The notes beneath the pieces were generated by a model that saw only the letters and a program-made list of their open reading frames with translations, was not told the origin of the DNA and made no database searches. Positions 27,733-39,704 of a stretch of DNA of 64,000 nucleotides are shown here, one piece after another. The position numbers and the translations under genes are program-made. Every line of letters begins with the position of its first letter. The first letter of the stretch is position 1. This DNA comes from Hydrogenophilales bacterium. GTDB taxonomy: Bacteria; Pseudomonadota; Gammaproteobacteria; Burkholderiales; Eutrophovitaceae. The stretch is from NCBI GenBank assembly GCA_902601765.1, contig CACKOO010000002.1, positions 28,130 to 92,129 of the forward strand, read 5' to 3'.

Positions 27733-29045
27733 ATTTTTTTTGATAAGGTTTTAGAATTCCTAGCGCTATTATATACTTTCTGCCTTCTAATGGGCAGTTT
27801 AGTGATAGGTTGGTTGATAAATCCGTTTTGAATAAACCAGTGAGTAGACTTAGTTGTCAACACAAAAATCTCTGATAAATTTTTTTCTCGCCCAAGTTTT
27901 TCAATAGTCTTTAGTAGTATTTTTCCCGCACCTGTATTTCGATAAACTGGATGAACCACTAGGCAAGCTAATTCACCGATTTTATCACTATGGAATGGGT
28001 GTAAAGCGGCACATCCAACAATAACACTGTCATGTTCCAGTACGATGAACTCTTCTATTACCTTTGCGAGGTCTTTCTCTGTTCGGGGCACAAGGATTTG
28101 GTTTTCCTGTAAAGGTTTTATTAACTCAAAGATCGAATCCGCATCTGACTCTATCGCTTTTCTAACCGATTCGATAGGGTTCTTGGTGATTAAAATTCCT
28201 ATTCCTTTATGTGTAAAAAGTTCAGTAATGAGACCACCGTCGTATTTGACATCAACAACATGCACTCTTTCTACTCCTGAATCGCATGCCTTGATGGCTG
28301 ACCGAAGAGTTAATCTATTTTTATAGCATAGAGTTCCATCTTTTAAGATTGTTTTAGCTTTATTGGTATAAAGTTCCCGAATGGGTTGGTTCTGTTTGTT
28401 TCTGATATTGGGTAATTCAGATAAAAAGATCAATTTATCAGCTTTTAAAGCTATTGCAGCTTCAGTAGCCACATCTTCTTTAGTTAGGACGAAAATTTCT
28501 CCAGTTGGAGAAAACCCCATGGATGACAGTAACACGATTTCTTGCTTTTCAAGTCTATCAATAATTGCTGTTTCGTCGACTTTTCTTGTTTCACCGGCAT
28601 ATAAAGTATCTATTCCATCAATAACTCCTAACGGCGTTGCAAATATGAAATTTCCTGAAGATACTCTAATATTACTGCCCGCCATAGGTGAATTAGGTAG
28701 TGCGGTGGATAATTTGCCCTCCAATTCTAGTCTTAATCGTCCCGATAACTCCTGAGCAACAGAGAGTGTTTCCTTATCGATTATTTGGTGTTGGTTAACA
28801 AATCTAGGAGTTATTTTTTTTTTCTTCAAGGTTTTTTCGATCTCAGTTTGTGACCCATGAACCAGTACAATTTTTATCCCAATGCTCGCTAGCACATTTA
28901 AATCATGGATAAAGCCCATAAAGTTTGGACTCGCCAATAAACTTTCATCAAACACTAATATAAAGGTTTTATTTTTGTGCATGTGAATGTAGGGAGCTGC
29001 TGCCCTTAACCATTCAATCAAGTCTTTGGATGTTGTTGTACTCAT
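27729..29045 (-). CDS. argA: amino-acid N-acetyltransferase (N-acetylglutamate synthase)
   Basis: 438 aa. An amino-acid-kinase-like N-terminal domain is followed by a C-terminal GNAT domain (VVHPVYRNTGAGKILL). Confidence 0.9.
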   Translation of the reverse strand: MSTTTSKDLIEWLRAAAPYIHMHKNKTFILVFDESLLASPNFMGFIHDLNVLASIGIKIVLVHGSQTEIEKTLKKKKITPRFVNQHQIIDKETLSVAQELSGRLRLELEGKLSTALPNSPMAGSNIRVSSGNFIFATPLGVIDGIDTLYAGETRKVDETAIIDRLEKQEIVLLSSMGFSPTGEIFVLTKEDVATEAAIALKADKLIFLSELPNIRNKQNQPIRELYTNKAKTILKDGTLCYKNRLTLRSAIKACDSGVERVHVVDVKYDGGLITELFTHKGIGILITKNPIESVRKAIESDADSIFELIKPLQENQILVPRTEKDLAKVIEEFIVLEHDSVIVGCAALHPFHSDKIGELACLVVHPVYRNTGAGKILLKTIEKLGREKNLSEIFVLTTKSTHWFIQNGFINQPITKLPIRRQKVYNSARNSKTLSKKI

Positions 29046-29066
29046 ACAATATTAATTAACATAGTT

Positions 29067-29834
29067 TTATTTCGGGCTCATTCTGATAGCACCGTCTAAT
29101 CTTATAGATTCCCCGTTTAGCATACAATTGCCAAAAATTGTTGAAACTAATTCAGCAAATTCAGTTGATTTTCCAAGTCGAGATGGAAAGGGAACTTGTT
29201 TCCCGAGAGCCTCCTGCACCTCGCTAGGCATTCCTCGGAGCATTGGAGTTTCAAAGATTCCCGGAGCGATTGTCATTACACGTATACCGGATCGAGCTAA
29301 ATCTCTTGCTATCGGCAAAGTCATCCCGACTATCCCTCCTTTGGAAGCCGAGTAAGCAGCTTGGCCTATTTGCCCATCGTAAGCGGCTACCGAGGCCGTG
29401 TTAATAATCACCCCTCTTTCACCTTGCTGATTTGGGTTTGACTTGGCCATCTCAGTAGCAGCTACCCTTGTCATATTAAACGTGCCCAATAAATTTATAG
29501 TAATAACTTTCTTGAATGATTCTAGCCGGTGAGCGCCGTTTTTGCTGGTTGTTTTCTCACCTATCGCTATGCCGGCACAGTTGACTAATCCATTGATTGC
29601 ACCAAACCTAGATACCGCTCTGTCAACAGTAGATTGAGCATCATTTTCGTTGCTGACATCACAATGGATGTAATCAGATTGTGGGCCTAGCTTATTGGCC
29701 AATTCTTGGCCTTGTTCATCATTTATATCAGCAACGATAACATTTCCGCCTTTAGCTACGATCAATTCTGCCGTCGCTGCCCCCAAACCAGATGATCCGC
29801 CGGTTACCACCACTGTGCTATTTTCTATTTTCAT
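29067..29834 (-). CDS. short-chain dehydrogenase, 3-hydroxyacyl-CoA dehydrogenase type-2-like
   Basis: [14 protein letters not shown] cofactor motif, a YSASKGG catalytic Tyr/Lys motif, and length and sequence like HSD17B10/FadB2-type enzymes. Confidence 0.8.
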   Translation of the reverse strand: MKIENSTVVVTGGSSGLGAATAELIVAKGGNVIVADINDEQGQELANKLGPQSDYIHCDVSNENDAQSTVDRAVSRFGAINGLVNCAGIAIGEKTTSKNGAHRLESFKKVITINLLGTFNMTRVAATEMAKSNPNQQGERGVIINTASVAAYDGQIGQAAYSASKGGIVGMTLPIARDLARSGIRVMTIAPGIFETPMLRGMPSEVQEALGKQVPFPSRLGKSTEFAELVSTIFGNCMLNGESIRLDGAIRMSPK

Positions 29835-29895
29835 CTTTAATCCTCAATTTCACGAATAATTTTTAGTTTATCCAATAATTATAGCGACCAAACCT

Positions 29896-30657
29896 TTATA
29901 AGTCCCCCCAAATTGATTGAATGATAGCGAGTGCGGCTACTCCGGCAGTTTCTGTGCGCAAAACTCGTGGCCCTAGCGAAGCTAATTCGAAACCCGCATT
30001 TTTAACCTGTAATATTTCATTGTCTGTAAATCCACCCTCCGGACCAATTAATACAATAACCTCACTTCGATTATTGAAAGATCTCAACCTCTGAGTCGCT
30101 GAGGGATCAAAAACTATCCTCGACTGGTTTTGATCAACATGATCCCCAATTTGAGTAACCCAGTTTTTGAGGTCCAACGGGAACGAGATTTCTGGTACTA
30201 AGTTCCGGCCGCATTGCTCGCATGCCGAAACTATGAGATTTTGCCAATGTTCTTTTTTTTTTTTCAACCGATCACCGTCGATTTTGGCTAATGATTTTTC
30301 TGTAAAAAGAGGATAGATTTTACTAACTCCTAATTCGACCGATTTTTGAATTGTAAAGTCCATCCGATGACCTTTGGAAAGGGCTTGTCCCAGACTAATA
30401 TCCAAGGAAGACTCGCAACTCTCTTCAATTTCTTCATAAGTTAGAATGACGATTAAATTTTTTTGGATTTCCTTGATCTCCGCCAGGAAAATTTTACCTT
30501 TGCCATCAAATACGCTTATATGATCACCCTTTCGTAGCCTGAGTACATCTTTAGCATGATGACTAGCCTGTTTTGATAAAATGGCAGTTTGAGCCGTAGT
30601 GTTGATTTGCGGACAAAAAAACCGGTGAAGCCGCTTTACTCTGGATGTTTTCCCCAT
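29896..30657 (-). CDS. rsmE: 16S rRNA (uracil1498-N3)-methyltransferase
   Basis: N-terminal ..RFF.. with a H...DVLRLRKGD PUA-like domain. C-terminal LIGPEGGF and LGPRVLRTETA SPOUT-knot motifs. Confidence 0.85.
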   Translation of the reverse strand: MGKTSRVKRLHRFFCPQINTTAQTAILSKQASHHAKDVLRLRKGDHISVFDGKGKIFLAEIKEIQKNLIVILTYEEIEESCESSLDISLGQALSKGHRMDFTIQKSVELGVSKIYPLFTEKSLAKIDGDRLKKKKEHWQNLIVSACEQCGRNLVPEISFPLDLKNWVTQIGDHVDQNQSRIVFDPSATQRLRSFNNRSEVIVLIGPEGGFTDNEILQVKNAGFELASLGPRVLRTETAGVAALAIIQSIWGDL

Positions 30658-30863
30658 GAAGATCTTACTCTCTTGAATTCTTGTCTAAATGTGTGGCAAT
30701 TTGCATTTTTACATTAACATTTTATCTGAAAAAGCTATAAAATATTAACTCTAGTAATAAATGTTGTTAATGACTTACTTTTAAACATGTAGATGGAATT
30801 TAAGAATATCTAGCTTAATGTTCCTCGAAATATAATATTGGTATCGTAGTAGGATTTCTAGAA

Positions 30864-31661
30864 ATGATGTTAAAACTAAAAAAAGCCATTGAGATTGTTG
30901 CGAAGGAAGAAATTATGCCTCGATACGCTGATGGTGATTTTGGTATAAAAAGTGATGGCAGTTTACAAACACCAGCCGATTTAGCAGCACAAAAAAAATT
31001 AGAAGAACTCCTCCAAGATGTCTGTCCTGCTTCTTTTCTGGGAGAAGAAATGACAAAAAAAGAACAAATGCGGCTTTGGGAGTCCAGCCGTGAGCTCATA
31101 TGGTGTGTAGATCCAATCGATGGAACTTCGAACTATGTCAATGGTATTCCATATTTTGCAGTTTCTGTTGCTTTGATGAAGAAAGGTGAAACTCTTTTGG
31201 GAGCTGTATATGACCCCACTCGTCAAGAAATGTTTTATGCCGAGAAAGATGGTGGGGCATTCCTAAATGGCGTTAAGTTATCTTCACCTATGAAGAATAG
31301 AAAATTAGGGCAAGCAATGGCGCAGATTGATTTCAAAAGATTACCCAAAGACATTGCCAGTGAGCTTCTCGCTCACACTCCATATGCTTCTCAAAGAAAT
31401 TTTGGTGCAGGAGCGCTGGAATGGTGCTATTTAGCTTCTGGAAGGTTCGATATATACCTTCACGGTTCCCAAAAATTATGGGATTATGCGGCAGGATCGT
31501 TAATCTTGGCTGAATCCGGAGGTATTGCAAGGACTATAGATTCGGAAAATTTTTGGGATGGAGAGGTATGGTCAAAAAGCGTAGTTGCAGCTAACTCTGC
31601 TGTGATGTTTGAGGCTTGGGTCGATTGGTTGAAAGCGGCTCTTCCCCAAATTATTAGGTGA
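30864..31661 (+). CDS. inositol monophosphatase family protein (SuhB-like)
   Basis: WCVDPIDGTSNY metal-binding motif and a WDYAAG motif. Confidence 0.85.
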   Translation: MMLKLKKAIEIVAKEEIMPRYADGDFGIKSDGSLQTPADLAAQKKLEELLQDVCPASFLGEEMTKKEQMRLWESSRELIWCVDPIDGTSNYVNGIPYFAVSVALMKKGETLLGAVYDPTRQEMFYAEKDGGAFLNGVKLSSPMKNRKLGQAMAQIDFKRLPKDIASELLAHTPYASQRNFGAGALEWCYLASGRFDIYLHGSQKLWDYAAGSLILAESGGIARTIDSENFWDGEVWSKSVVAANSAVMFEAWVDWLKAALPQIIR

Positions 31662-31756
31662 AGAGGTATTTTTGATCTTGACCCTTTAAAACCTACTAGG
31701 TTATTCTGTAATGCTTTTTCCTTTTTACTTTATTAGCTATTTCGAGGTCGTTTTTC

Positions 31757-33493
31757 ATGGATTTGCCAACAGCGTTTACAAAAAATTTAACTGGGGCCGC
31801 GATGGTTCCGAAATGCCTATCTGACGAGGGTGTAAGGTATGTCTTTGGATATCCCGGAGGGGCTGTTTTGCCGATTTATGATGAACTTGAAAAGCAGGAT
31901 AGGGTAAATCATATTTTAGTTCGCCATGAGCAGGCAGCTGTCCACGCAGCAGATGCCTACGCGCGATCAACGCAAAAGGTTGGCGTAGCTCTTGTTACAT
32001 CGGGGCCAGGTGTCACAAACGCGATTACTGGGATAGCGACAGCCTTCATGGATTCGGTTCCTATGGTTATAATCACCGGGCAAGTACCCACCCACGCGAT
32101 CGGTCAGGATGCTTTTCAAGAAGTTGACACTGTCGGCATAACCAGACCGTGCGTGAAGCACAATTTTTTGGTTAAAAATGTCGATGATATTTCTATCACC
32201 ATCAGAAAAGCATTTCACATTGCGTCTACCGGAAGGCCTGGACCAGTCGTAGTAGACATACCCAAAGATATAACTACTGAAAAAGGCAAATATTTTTATC
32301 CGAAATCGGTATCCATCCGATCATACGATACTGATCCTCATGTGGATATCAAGGAAGATAGTTTAGAAAAAATAATAAGTCTTTTGGAAACAGCAAAGCG
32401 CCCAATGATTTATACGGGAGGCGGGGTTATTTTCAGTGAAGCGCATGAGGAGCTGAAATCTTTAGTGCGATGTCTTGGCTATCCATGCACAAATACTTTG
32501 ATGGGACTCGGTGGTTATCCAGGAACCGATCCTCTTTTCTTGGGGATGCTTGGAATGCATGGGACCTATGAAGCCAATATGGCTATGCAAAATTGTGACG
32601 TTCTTTTCGCGGTGGGAGCAAGGTTTGACGACCGTGTTATTGGAAACCCAAAAAACTTTGAAAGTGACGACAGGAAAATCATTCACGTCGATATCGATCC
32701 TTCCTCAATTTCCAAAAGAGTCAAGGTAGATTTCCCCGTTGTTGGTGATGTTCGGTACATACTGGGCAAGATGAATGAAAAATTAAAATCCAAGGGATCG
32801 ATTTCTAGAAACAAAGCAGCTCTAACTGAATGGTGGAAGCAAATTAATCAATGGAGGTCCAAAAACTGTTTGTCCTATGATCGTGATTCTAAGGTTATCA
32901 AACCACAGATGGTAGTCGAAAAACTCTACCAACTTACAGCGGATCAAGATGAAGTTTATGTGACTTCAGATGTTGGACAGCATCAAATGTGGGCGGCTCA
33001 ATTTTACAAGTTTGACAAACCTCGACGTTGGATTAATTCAGGTGGATTGGGAACCATGGGCGTCGGGCTCCCATATGCTCTTGGCGTTCAGCTTGCTCAC
33101 CCTGATGCCACTGTTCTGTGTGTGACTGGGGAGGCGAGTATACAGATGTGTATACAAGAGCTTTCCACCGCAAAACAGTATGGATTACCAGTAAAAATCA
33201 TCAATCTTAATAACCGCTATATGGGAATGGTCAGGCAATGGCAAGAATTTTTTCATGGGAACCGATACGCTTCATCCTACATGGAAGCGTTACCCGATTT
33301 TGTCAAATTGACAGAGTCCTATGGGCACATCGGCATGAAAATAGAAAATCCCTCCGATATTGAGGGAGCTCTCAAAGAGGCTTTAGCCATGAAGGATGAT
33401 CTTGTTTTCATGGATTTCATAACAGATCAAACAGAAAATGTTTACCCGATGGTCCCCGGAGGAAAGGGGCTTTCGGAGATGATTCTGGTCTAG
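31757..33493 (+). CDS. ilvI: acetolactate synthase large (catalytic) subunit
   Basis: ThDP enzyme with GYPGGAVLPIYD and GGLGTMGVGLPYALG motifs. It is followed by the small subunit and ilvC. Confidence 0.95.
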   Translation: MDLPTAFTKNLTGAAMVPKCLSDEGVRYVFGYPGGAVLPIYDELEKQDRVNHILVRHEQAAVHAADAYARSTQKVGVALVTSGPGVTNAITGIATAFMDSVPMVIITGQVPTHAIGQDAFQEVDTVGITRPCVKHNFLVKNVDDISITIRKAFHIASTGRPGPVVVDIPKDITTEKGKYFYPKSVSIRSYDTDPHVDIKEDSLEKIISLLETAKRPMIYTGGGVIFSEAHEELKSLVRCLGYPCTNTLMGLGGYPGTDPLFLGMLGMHGTYEANMAMQNCDVLFAVGARFDDRVIGNPKNFESDDRKIIHVDIDPSSISKRVKVDFPVVGDVRYILGKMNEKLKSKGSISRNKAALTEWWKQINQWRSKNCLSYDRDSKVIKPQMVVEKLYQLTADQDEVYVTSDVGQHQMWAAQFYKFDKPRRWINSGGLGTMGVGLPYALGVQLAHPDATVLCVTGEASIQMCIQELSTAKQYGLPVKIINLNNRYMGMVRQWQEFFHGNRYASSYMEALPDFVKLTESYGHIGMKIENPSDIEGALKEALAMKDDLVFMDFITDQTENVYPMVPGGKGLSEMILV

Positions 33494-33495
33494 TA

Positions 33496-34005
33496 ATGAT
33501 GAAAGAAGAAGAACCTCGTCATGTAATTTCGTTAATCTTGGAAAACGAGTCGGGGGCACTTTCTAGGGTGGCCGGACTCTTTTCAGCAAGAGGGTACAAC
33601 ATTGAATCGCTAACGGTAGCACCAACCAATGACGCTACCGTTTCTCGAATGACAATCGTTACTTCCGGTTCGGAGGAGGTAGTGACTCAAATAACTAAGC
33701 AACTTAATAAACTGGTAGATGTGATTACCTTAGCTAACTTAACTGCTGGAAGCCATGTGGAGAGAGAACTTTTACTTATAAAGCTAACAGGCTCGCAAAG
33801 CGAAAAAAATACGGCTAAAGAGTTAGCCGAAAATTATGGTGGCCGTTTATTAGATTCATCAAACGATACTTATATTATCGAATTAACAGGCACCGTTTCT
33901 GAGCTTGACGAGTTTATGTCCCATCTAAATAGCAGTGTAGTTTTAGAAGTTGTAAGAACTGGGGCTTCGGGGGTCGGAAAAGGATCCGAAGTTTTGAGCT
34001 ATTAG
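33496..34005 (+). CDS. ilvH: acetolactate synthase small (regulatory) subunit
   Basis: ACT domain with HVISLILENESGALSRVAGLFSARGYNIESLTV. Confidence 0.92.
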   Translation: MMKEEEPRHVISLILENESGALSRVAGLFSARGYNIESLTVAPTNDATVSRMTIVTSGSEEVVTQITKQLNKLVDVITLANLTAGSHVERELLLIKLTGSQSEKNTAKELAENYGGRLLDSSNDTYIIELTGTVSELDEFMSHLNSSVVLEVVRTGASGVGKGSEVLSY

Positions 34006-34056
34006 CAAAGCTCTTTCAATTATGGTTTTCGCTTTTTGATAATTTTTCTAAAATAG

Positions 34057-35085
<1,029 letters not shown>

Positions 35086-35122
35086 TTATTTAAGGTTATC
35101 AAATTAAGGATATTTTTGCAGA

Positions 35123-35767
35123 ATGAGTGACCCACGGCATTACCTCATCGCTAAAGAAGGTTGGTTACACATTTCTGTTGTAGGATTTGTTGCTGTTGTT
35201 TCAATCTTTTTAATTGGTTATTGGTCGGTTTCATTATGGATTCTCTGGCTATTTGTAGTTCAGTTTTTTAGGGATCCTATCAGGATAACACCAGAAGTTG
35301 AGGGAAGCATAATAGCTCCAGCTGATGGGAGGATTCTTAAGGTTGAAAAAGCAACCAACCCTCAAAACTCACAGGATTCCATAAAAGTTAGTATTTTTAT
35401 GAATGTTTTTAATGTTCATTCCAATCGAAGCCCAATTGAAGGGGTTGTCCGCAGATGTACTTATTTTCCTGGCGAATTTTTTAACGCGTCTTTGGATAAA
35501 TCATCCGTAAAAAACGAACGTAACATGCTATTGATCGAAAGCCAAAGCGGGCAAAATATTACCTGTGTTCAGATAGCTGGTCTTCTAGCGCGACGAATTC
35601 TGTGCTACGCAAAAGAGGGTGATATTTTGAAGCAAGGAGAAAGGTATGGGTTTATTCGCTTCGGTTCTAGGGTCGATTTATACCTTCCTACTTCCGTTGT
35701 TCCTAAGGTTGCAATAGGTGATAAGGTGTCGGCGGGTAAAACTGTATTAGCTTTTTTCAATGAGTAA
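35123..35767 (+). CDS. psd: phosphatidylserine decarboxylase proenzyme (short form)
   Basis: 214 aa. It has N-terminal TM helices and an FGSRVD self-cleavage (G-S) motif. It is adjacent to pssA. Confidence 0.85.
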   Translation: MSDPRHYLIAKEGWLHISVVGFVAVVSIFLIGYWSVSLWILWLFVVQFFRDPIRITPEVEGSIIAPADGRILKVEKATNPQNSQDSIKVSIFMNVFNVHSNRSPIEGVVRRCTYFPGEFFNASLDKSSVKNERNMLLIESQSGQNITCVQIAGLLARRILCYAKEGDILKQGERYGFIRFGSRVDLYLPTSVVPKVAIGDKVSAGKTVLAFFNE

Positions 35768-35799
35768 TATTGCTCGACATTTAAAGGGAGGATGAAATT

Positions 35800-36576
35800 A
35801 TGCCTCCGAAAAAACCGCCTAAGAAATCCCGCATATATTGGTTACCTAATATTATTACCACTTGTGGCTTGTTTGCTGGGTTCTATGCGATTGTTCAAGC
35901 GATGAATTTGCGGTTTGAATTAGCTGCTATAGCAATATTTATAGCTTTAATGTTCGATGTTTTAGATGGTCGGGTAGCTCGGATCACCCGCACCGAGTCA
36001 GATTTTGGAGCGGAGTATGACTCATTGTCAGATATGGTTGCGTTTGGAGCCGCACCGGCACTAATAATATATGAATGGAGTCTTAAAGGAATGGGGAAGT
36101 TTGGTTGGTTTGCGGCGTTTGTTTATTGTGGGTGTGCTGCTCTACGACTAGCACGTTTCAATACAGGCTCTGGTGGTATTGAAAAAGGCTTCTTTCGGGG
36201 GTTGCCTAGCCCAGCGGCGGCTGGGCTATTAGCTGGATTCGTATGGACTGTGGAAGTTTATGATTTTTCAATGCGATATTTAGAGTGGATGTCTTGGGGG
36301 TTAACTTTATTTGCAGGCGCATCTATGGTTAGTAATGTTGGATTTTATAGTGGAAAAGATATCAACATTAGGAAGGCTGTTCCTTTTTGGGTAGTAGTAT
36401 TGATGGTTTTTGTGATAATCATAAGCTTCCAAATCACGGAAAATTTGCCTGAGGTCTTGTTGGGTTTCTTTACACTGTACGCCATTTCAGGTTACATCGG
36501 ATTACTGGCAAAGAAGACATTTCGTAGAAACTTTCAGGAGAAATCCATTAATAAACCCGACGAGCATTGCCCATAG
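35800..36576 (+). CDS. pssA: CDP-diacylglycerol--serine O-phosphatidyltransferase
   Basis: CDP-alcohol phosphatidyltransferase motif DVLDGRVAR...G.E.DSLSD in a multi-TM protein. Confidence 0.9.
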   Translation: MPPKKPPKKSRIYWLPNIITTCGLFAGFYAIVQAMNLRFELAAIAIFIALMFDVLDGRVARITRTESDFGAEYDSLSDMVAFGAAPALIIYEWSLKGMGKFGWFAAFVYCGCAALRLARFNTGSGGIEKGFFRGLPSPAAAGLLAGFVWTVEVYDFSMRYLEWMSWGLTLFAGASMVSNVGFYSGKDINIRKAVPFWVVVLMVFVIIISFQITENLPEVLLGFFTLYAISGYIGLLAKKTFRRNFQEKSINKPDEHCP

Positions 36577-36685
36577 AGTACTTGCGACATCTACTAAAAG
36601 ACCTTATTATCAAAATCATGGCTTTATCTTTTTTATATTTTAGCTCCCCCTTCCATCCCATTATTTTATTTTGGGGCAATCTGCT

Positions 36686-36698
36686 GCGCCCTGGGCGC
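36686..36698. repeat. 13-bp GC-rich perfect palindrome GCGCCC-T-GGGCGC in the leuA upstream spacer; function unknown
   Basis: Read directly. It is embedded in otherwise very AT-rich sequence about 120 nt upstream of the leuA ATG. Confidence 0.5.
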
Positions 36699-36820
36699 TA
36701 AATAATCAAAAAAATCAATGTTATCGGGTCTAATCCTTCCCACAAGGCTTTATGACAATGAAGAATTATAAAAAGTAATTATTAAAATCATAACCGAACC
36801 ATATCTCGGTGGAGGTGATA

Positions 36821-38356
36821 ATGAAAGAGCGGTTGATTATTTTTGATACAACAATGCGTGATGGCGAACAAAGTCCAGGGGCATCAATGACCTGCTCGGA
36901 AAAACTTCAGATAGCACGCCAGCTTGAGAGAATGAAAGTTGACGTAATTGAGGCCGGATTTCCTGCAGCAAGTAATGGAGATTTTGAATCTGTGAAGGCG
37001 GTTGCAGAAAACATATCTAACAGCACTATATGTGGTCTAGCTAGGGCAAATGAAAAAGACATAAGACGTGCAGCGGAGGCGGTTAAACCGGCAAATTCGG
37101 CTAGAGTGCACACATTTATTGCAACTTCGCCAATTCACATGGCTCAAAAATTGAGAATGGAGCCAGAGCAAGTTTTAGAGCGAGCTGTTTCTTCCGTAAA
37201 ATTAGCTAAATCTCTTTGCAGTGATGTTGAGTTTTCTCCTGAAGATGCAGGTAGATCGGAAATTGACTTTCTTTGCAAAATATTGGAGGAAGTTATCAAA
37301 GCAGGAGCATCAACTATAAACATACCAGATACTGTAGGTTATACAGTACCCGATCAATTTTCGCGGCTCATTATGCAATTACGTGAGAGGATCCCGAATT
37401 CAGATAAAGTGGTGTGGTCTGTGCATTGTCACGATGATCTCGGTTATGCCGTTGCAAATTCACTAGCCTCTGTGATGTCAGGTGCAAGGCAAATTGAATG
37501 CACCATAAATGGTCTAGGAGAAAGGGCGGGAAATGCGGCACTGGAGGAAATCGTTATGGCTGTTCGTACAAGAGGAGATTACTTCCCATGCGATACCGGG
37601 GTGGATACTACTCAAATTGTGCCGGCCTCAAAATTGGTGTCTGCGATAACGGGATTTCCGGTGCAGCCGAATAAAGCTATAGTTGGAGCTAACGCTTTTG
37701 CTCACGAATCTGGTATCCACCAAGACGGCGTTATTAAAAATAGGGAAACCTATGAGATTATGCGTGCTGAAGATGTTGGATGGTCAACAAATCAATTAGT
37801 ATTAGGTAAGCATTCTGGTAGAACAGCATTCAAGCAGCGACTAATTGATCTCGGTATCAATGTTGATTCCGAGGAATCTCTCAACACAGCCTTCAGAAAA
37901 TTTAAAGATCTTGCTGACAAGAAGCACGAGATATTTGATGAAGATTTAATGATGCTTGCGACGGATAAAGATACGGTAGGTGACAAGGAAAACTTTAAGT
38001 TTATTTCGATGAAGATACAATTAGAAACAGGAGAAATACCCAATGCAAAATTAGTGCTTTCGGCAAGTAACCAAGAAAAATCAGCTGAGGCAACGGGGAG
38101 TGGGCCAATTGATGCTACTTTCAAAGCAATTGAAACCATAGTTGAAAGCGGTGCTGATCTTCAACTTTACTCTGTCAATGCAATAACACGAGGACCAGAT
38201 GCACAAGGTGAGGTGGGTGTTAGGCTATCGAAGGGAGGACGGGTTGTAAATGGACAGGGAGCAGACACCGACATTATAGTAGCCTCGGCTAAAGCATATT
38301 TGGATGCACTCAATAAGTTAGGGACAAGTGCTGACAGGATAAATCCTCAGATCTAG
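36821..38356 (+). CDS. leuA: 2-isopropylmalate synthase
   Basis: Start at ATG 36821 directly after [30 protein letters not shown] and [13 protein letters not shown] motifs, plus a C-terminal LeuA regulatory domain. Confidence 0.95.
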   Translation: MKERLIIFDTTMRDGEQSPGASMTCSEKLQIARQLERMKVDVIEAGFPAASNGDFESVKAVAENISNSTICGLARANEKDIRRAAEAVKPANSARVHTFIATSPIHMAQKLRMEPEQVLERAVSSVKLAKSLCSDVEFSPEDAGRSEIDFLCKILEEVIKAGASTINIPDTVGYTVPDQFSRLIMQLRERIPNSDKVVWSVHCHDDLGYAVANSLASVMSGARQIECTINGLGERAGNAALEEIVMAVRTRGDYFPCDTGVDTTQIVPASKLVSAITGFPVQPNKAIVGANAFAHESGIHQDGVIKNRETYEIMRAEDVGWSTNQLVLGKHSGRTAFKQRLIDLGINVDSEESLNTAFRKFKDLADKKHEIFDEDLMMLATDKDTVGDKENFKFISMKIQLETGEIPNAKLVLSASNQEKSAEATGSGPIDATFKAIETIVESGADLQLYSVNAITRGPDAQGEVGVRLSKGGRVVNGQGADTDIIVASAKAYLDALNKLGTSADRINPQI

Positions 38357-38526
38357 GGTAGGATGTCTGCTAGGTATTTTGTTGTTAACCTACCTGGTCA
38401 TGGAGTCTGTTTTTTTTGGATTAATTTTATGGCAAGCTTAAATGTCTGACTTTGCCATGATAATAGTTTAGAGTACCGCATGATCGGATGGATGAAATCT
38501 TAGTCATAGAGAGTGAAAAGATTTAT

Positions 38527-39675
38527 ATGTTAAAAAATTTATTGGTTTTTATATTTACGCTGACTTTTTTTGGTAATATTTTGTCTGGATGCGGGTCTTC
38601 TCCAGTTGATGAACCTCCAAAAAAATCTGTGAAAGGTGCTGCGTCTTCATCAACAAAACCAGATAAGCCAAGGGGTTTGCCGGTAAAAGCTACGGCGGTG
38701 ACTGTTGAAAGAGTTATCGATAAGGTTACCGCGGTTGGATCTTTGTTAGCCGAAGAGTCCGTGATTATCCGACCCGAAATCGATGGAAGAATTACGAGGT
38801 TGCATTTTCAAGAAGGTCAGTCGGTAAAGGCGAGTGATAAGCTAGTTACGATTGATAGTACGGAGTACACGGCGCAGCTTAATGCGGTCAAAGCAGATTT
38901 GCGAACCGAGCAACAAAGGTTTGATAGGTTACAGGAGTTGTTCGAAAAAGAATTCATTAGTAAAGAGGCTTTAGATATTCAACAGGGTTCCGTTGAAAAA
39001 CTTGCTGCTAAAGTAGAAGAGGCCCAGTCTGTTTTGAATAAGACTCAAATTTTAGCGCCGTTTGATGGGATTGTTGGGTTAAGAGAAGTTAGTCCTGGGG
39101 CATATGTAAGAGCCGGATCAGATATTGTTTCGCTGGAGAATGTCGAGTCTATCAAAGTTGATTTCCGTATTCCTGAGATTTATCTCTCTAAATTTACCGC
39201 TAACCCGAAGGTTTCTCTCAAGTTAGATGCTTATCCTCAGCAAATATTTAGAGGTAATGTCTACGCTGTTCAACCTGCGGTTGATGAAGCCACTAGAACT
39301 GTTCTGATGCGTGCTAGAATTGCTAATAAAAAACGAAAACTAAAGCCGGGAATGTTTGCACGAGTATCTCTAACTTTGGCTACACGACTGGACGCGATTA
39401 CTGTTCCCGAAGAGGCACTATGGCCACAAGGAACCGAAAATTACGTTTTTAAGGTGGTTGGTGGGGTTGTAAAGTTAATTCAGGTTGACGTGGGAACCAG
39501 AAGACCGGGGAGCGTTGAAATCAATCGTGGGCTAGTTGCAGGGGATATAGTCGTAACGGAAGGACAAATAAAGTTGAGAGACGGAGCTCCCGTGATGGTC
39601 ATGGGAGGAGAAAAACAGGAAACCAAGAAACTCGACCCAGCGAGCAATTCAGATAACTCAAAAACTCGGAGCTAG
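38527..39675 (+). CDS. RND efflux periplasmic adaptor (membrane fusion protein), lipoprotein
   Basis: Start set at ATG 38527, giving a lipobox (FFGNILSGC). It has HlyD/AcrA-like coiled-coil and beta-barrel regions and lies directly upstream of the RND pump. Confidence 0.85.
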   Translation: MLKNLLVFIFTLTFFGNILSGCGSSPVDEPPKKSVKGAASSSTKPDKPRGLPVKATAVTVERVIDKVTAVGSLLAEESVIIRPEIDGRITRLHFQEGQSVKASDKLVTIDSTEYTAQLNAVKADLRTEQQRFDRLQELFEKEFISKEALDIQQGSVEKLAAKVEEAQSVLNKTQILAPFDGIVGLREVSPGAYVRAGSDIVSLENVESIKVDFRIPEIYLSKFTANPKVSLKLDAYPQQIFRGNVYAVQPAVDEATRTVLMRARIANKKRKLKPGMFARVSLTLATRLDAITVPEEALWPQGTENYVFKVVGGVVKLIQVDVGTRRPGSVEINRGLVAGDIVVTEGQIKLRDGAPVMVMGGEKQETKKLDPASNSDNSKTRS

Positions 39676-39704
39676 AGCGGCTTGAAAAGTAAGAGAAGAT
39701 TAGC

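Noticed and set aside
31711-31756. Possible ilv leader peptide upstream of ilvI
   Set aside because: The short ORF starting at 31711 runs out of frame into ilvI and is Phe/Tyr-rich rather than Ile/Leu/Val-rich. No attenuator structure is seen.
36618-36701. Possible leucine attenuator leader peptide upstream of leuA
   Set aside because: The 27-residue peptide has only scattered Leu (no Leu run). I could not draw alternative terminator/antiterminator hairpins followed by a T-tract.
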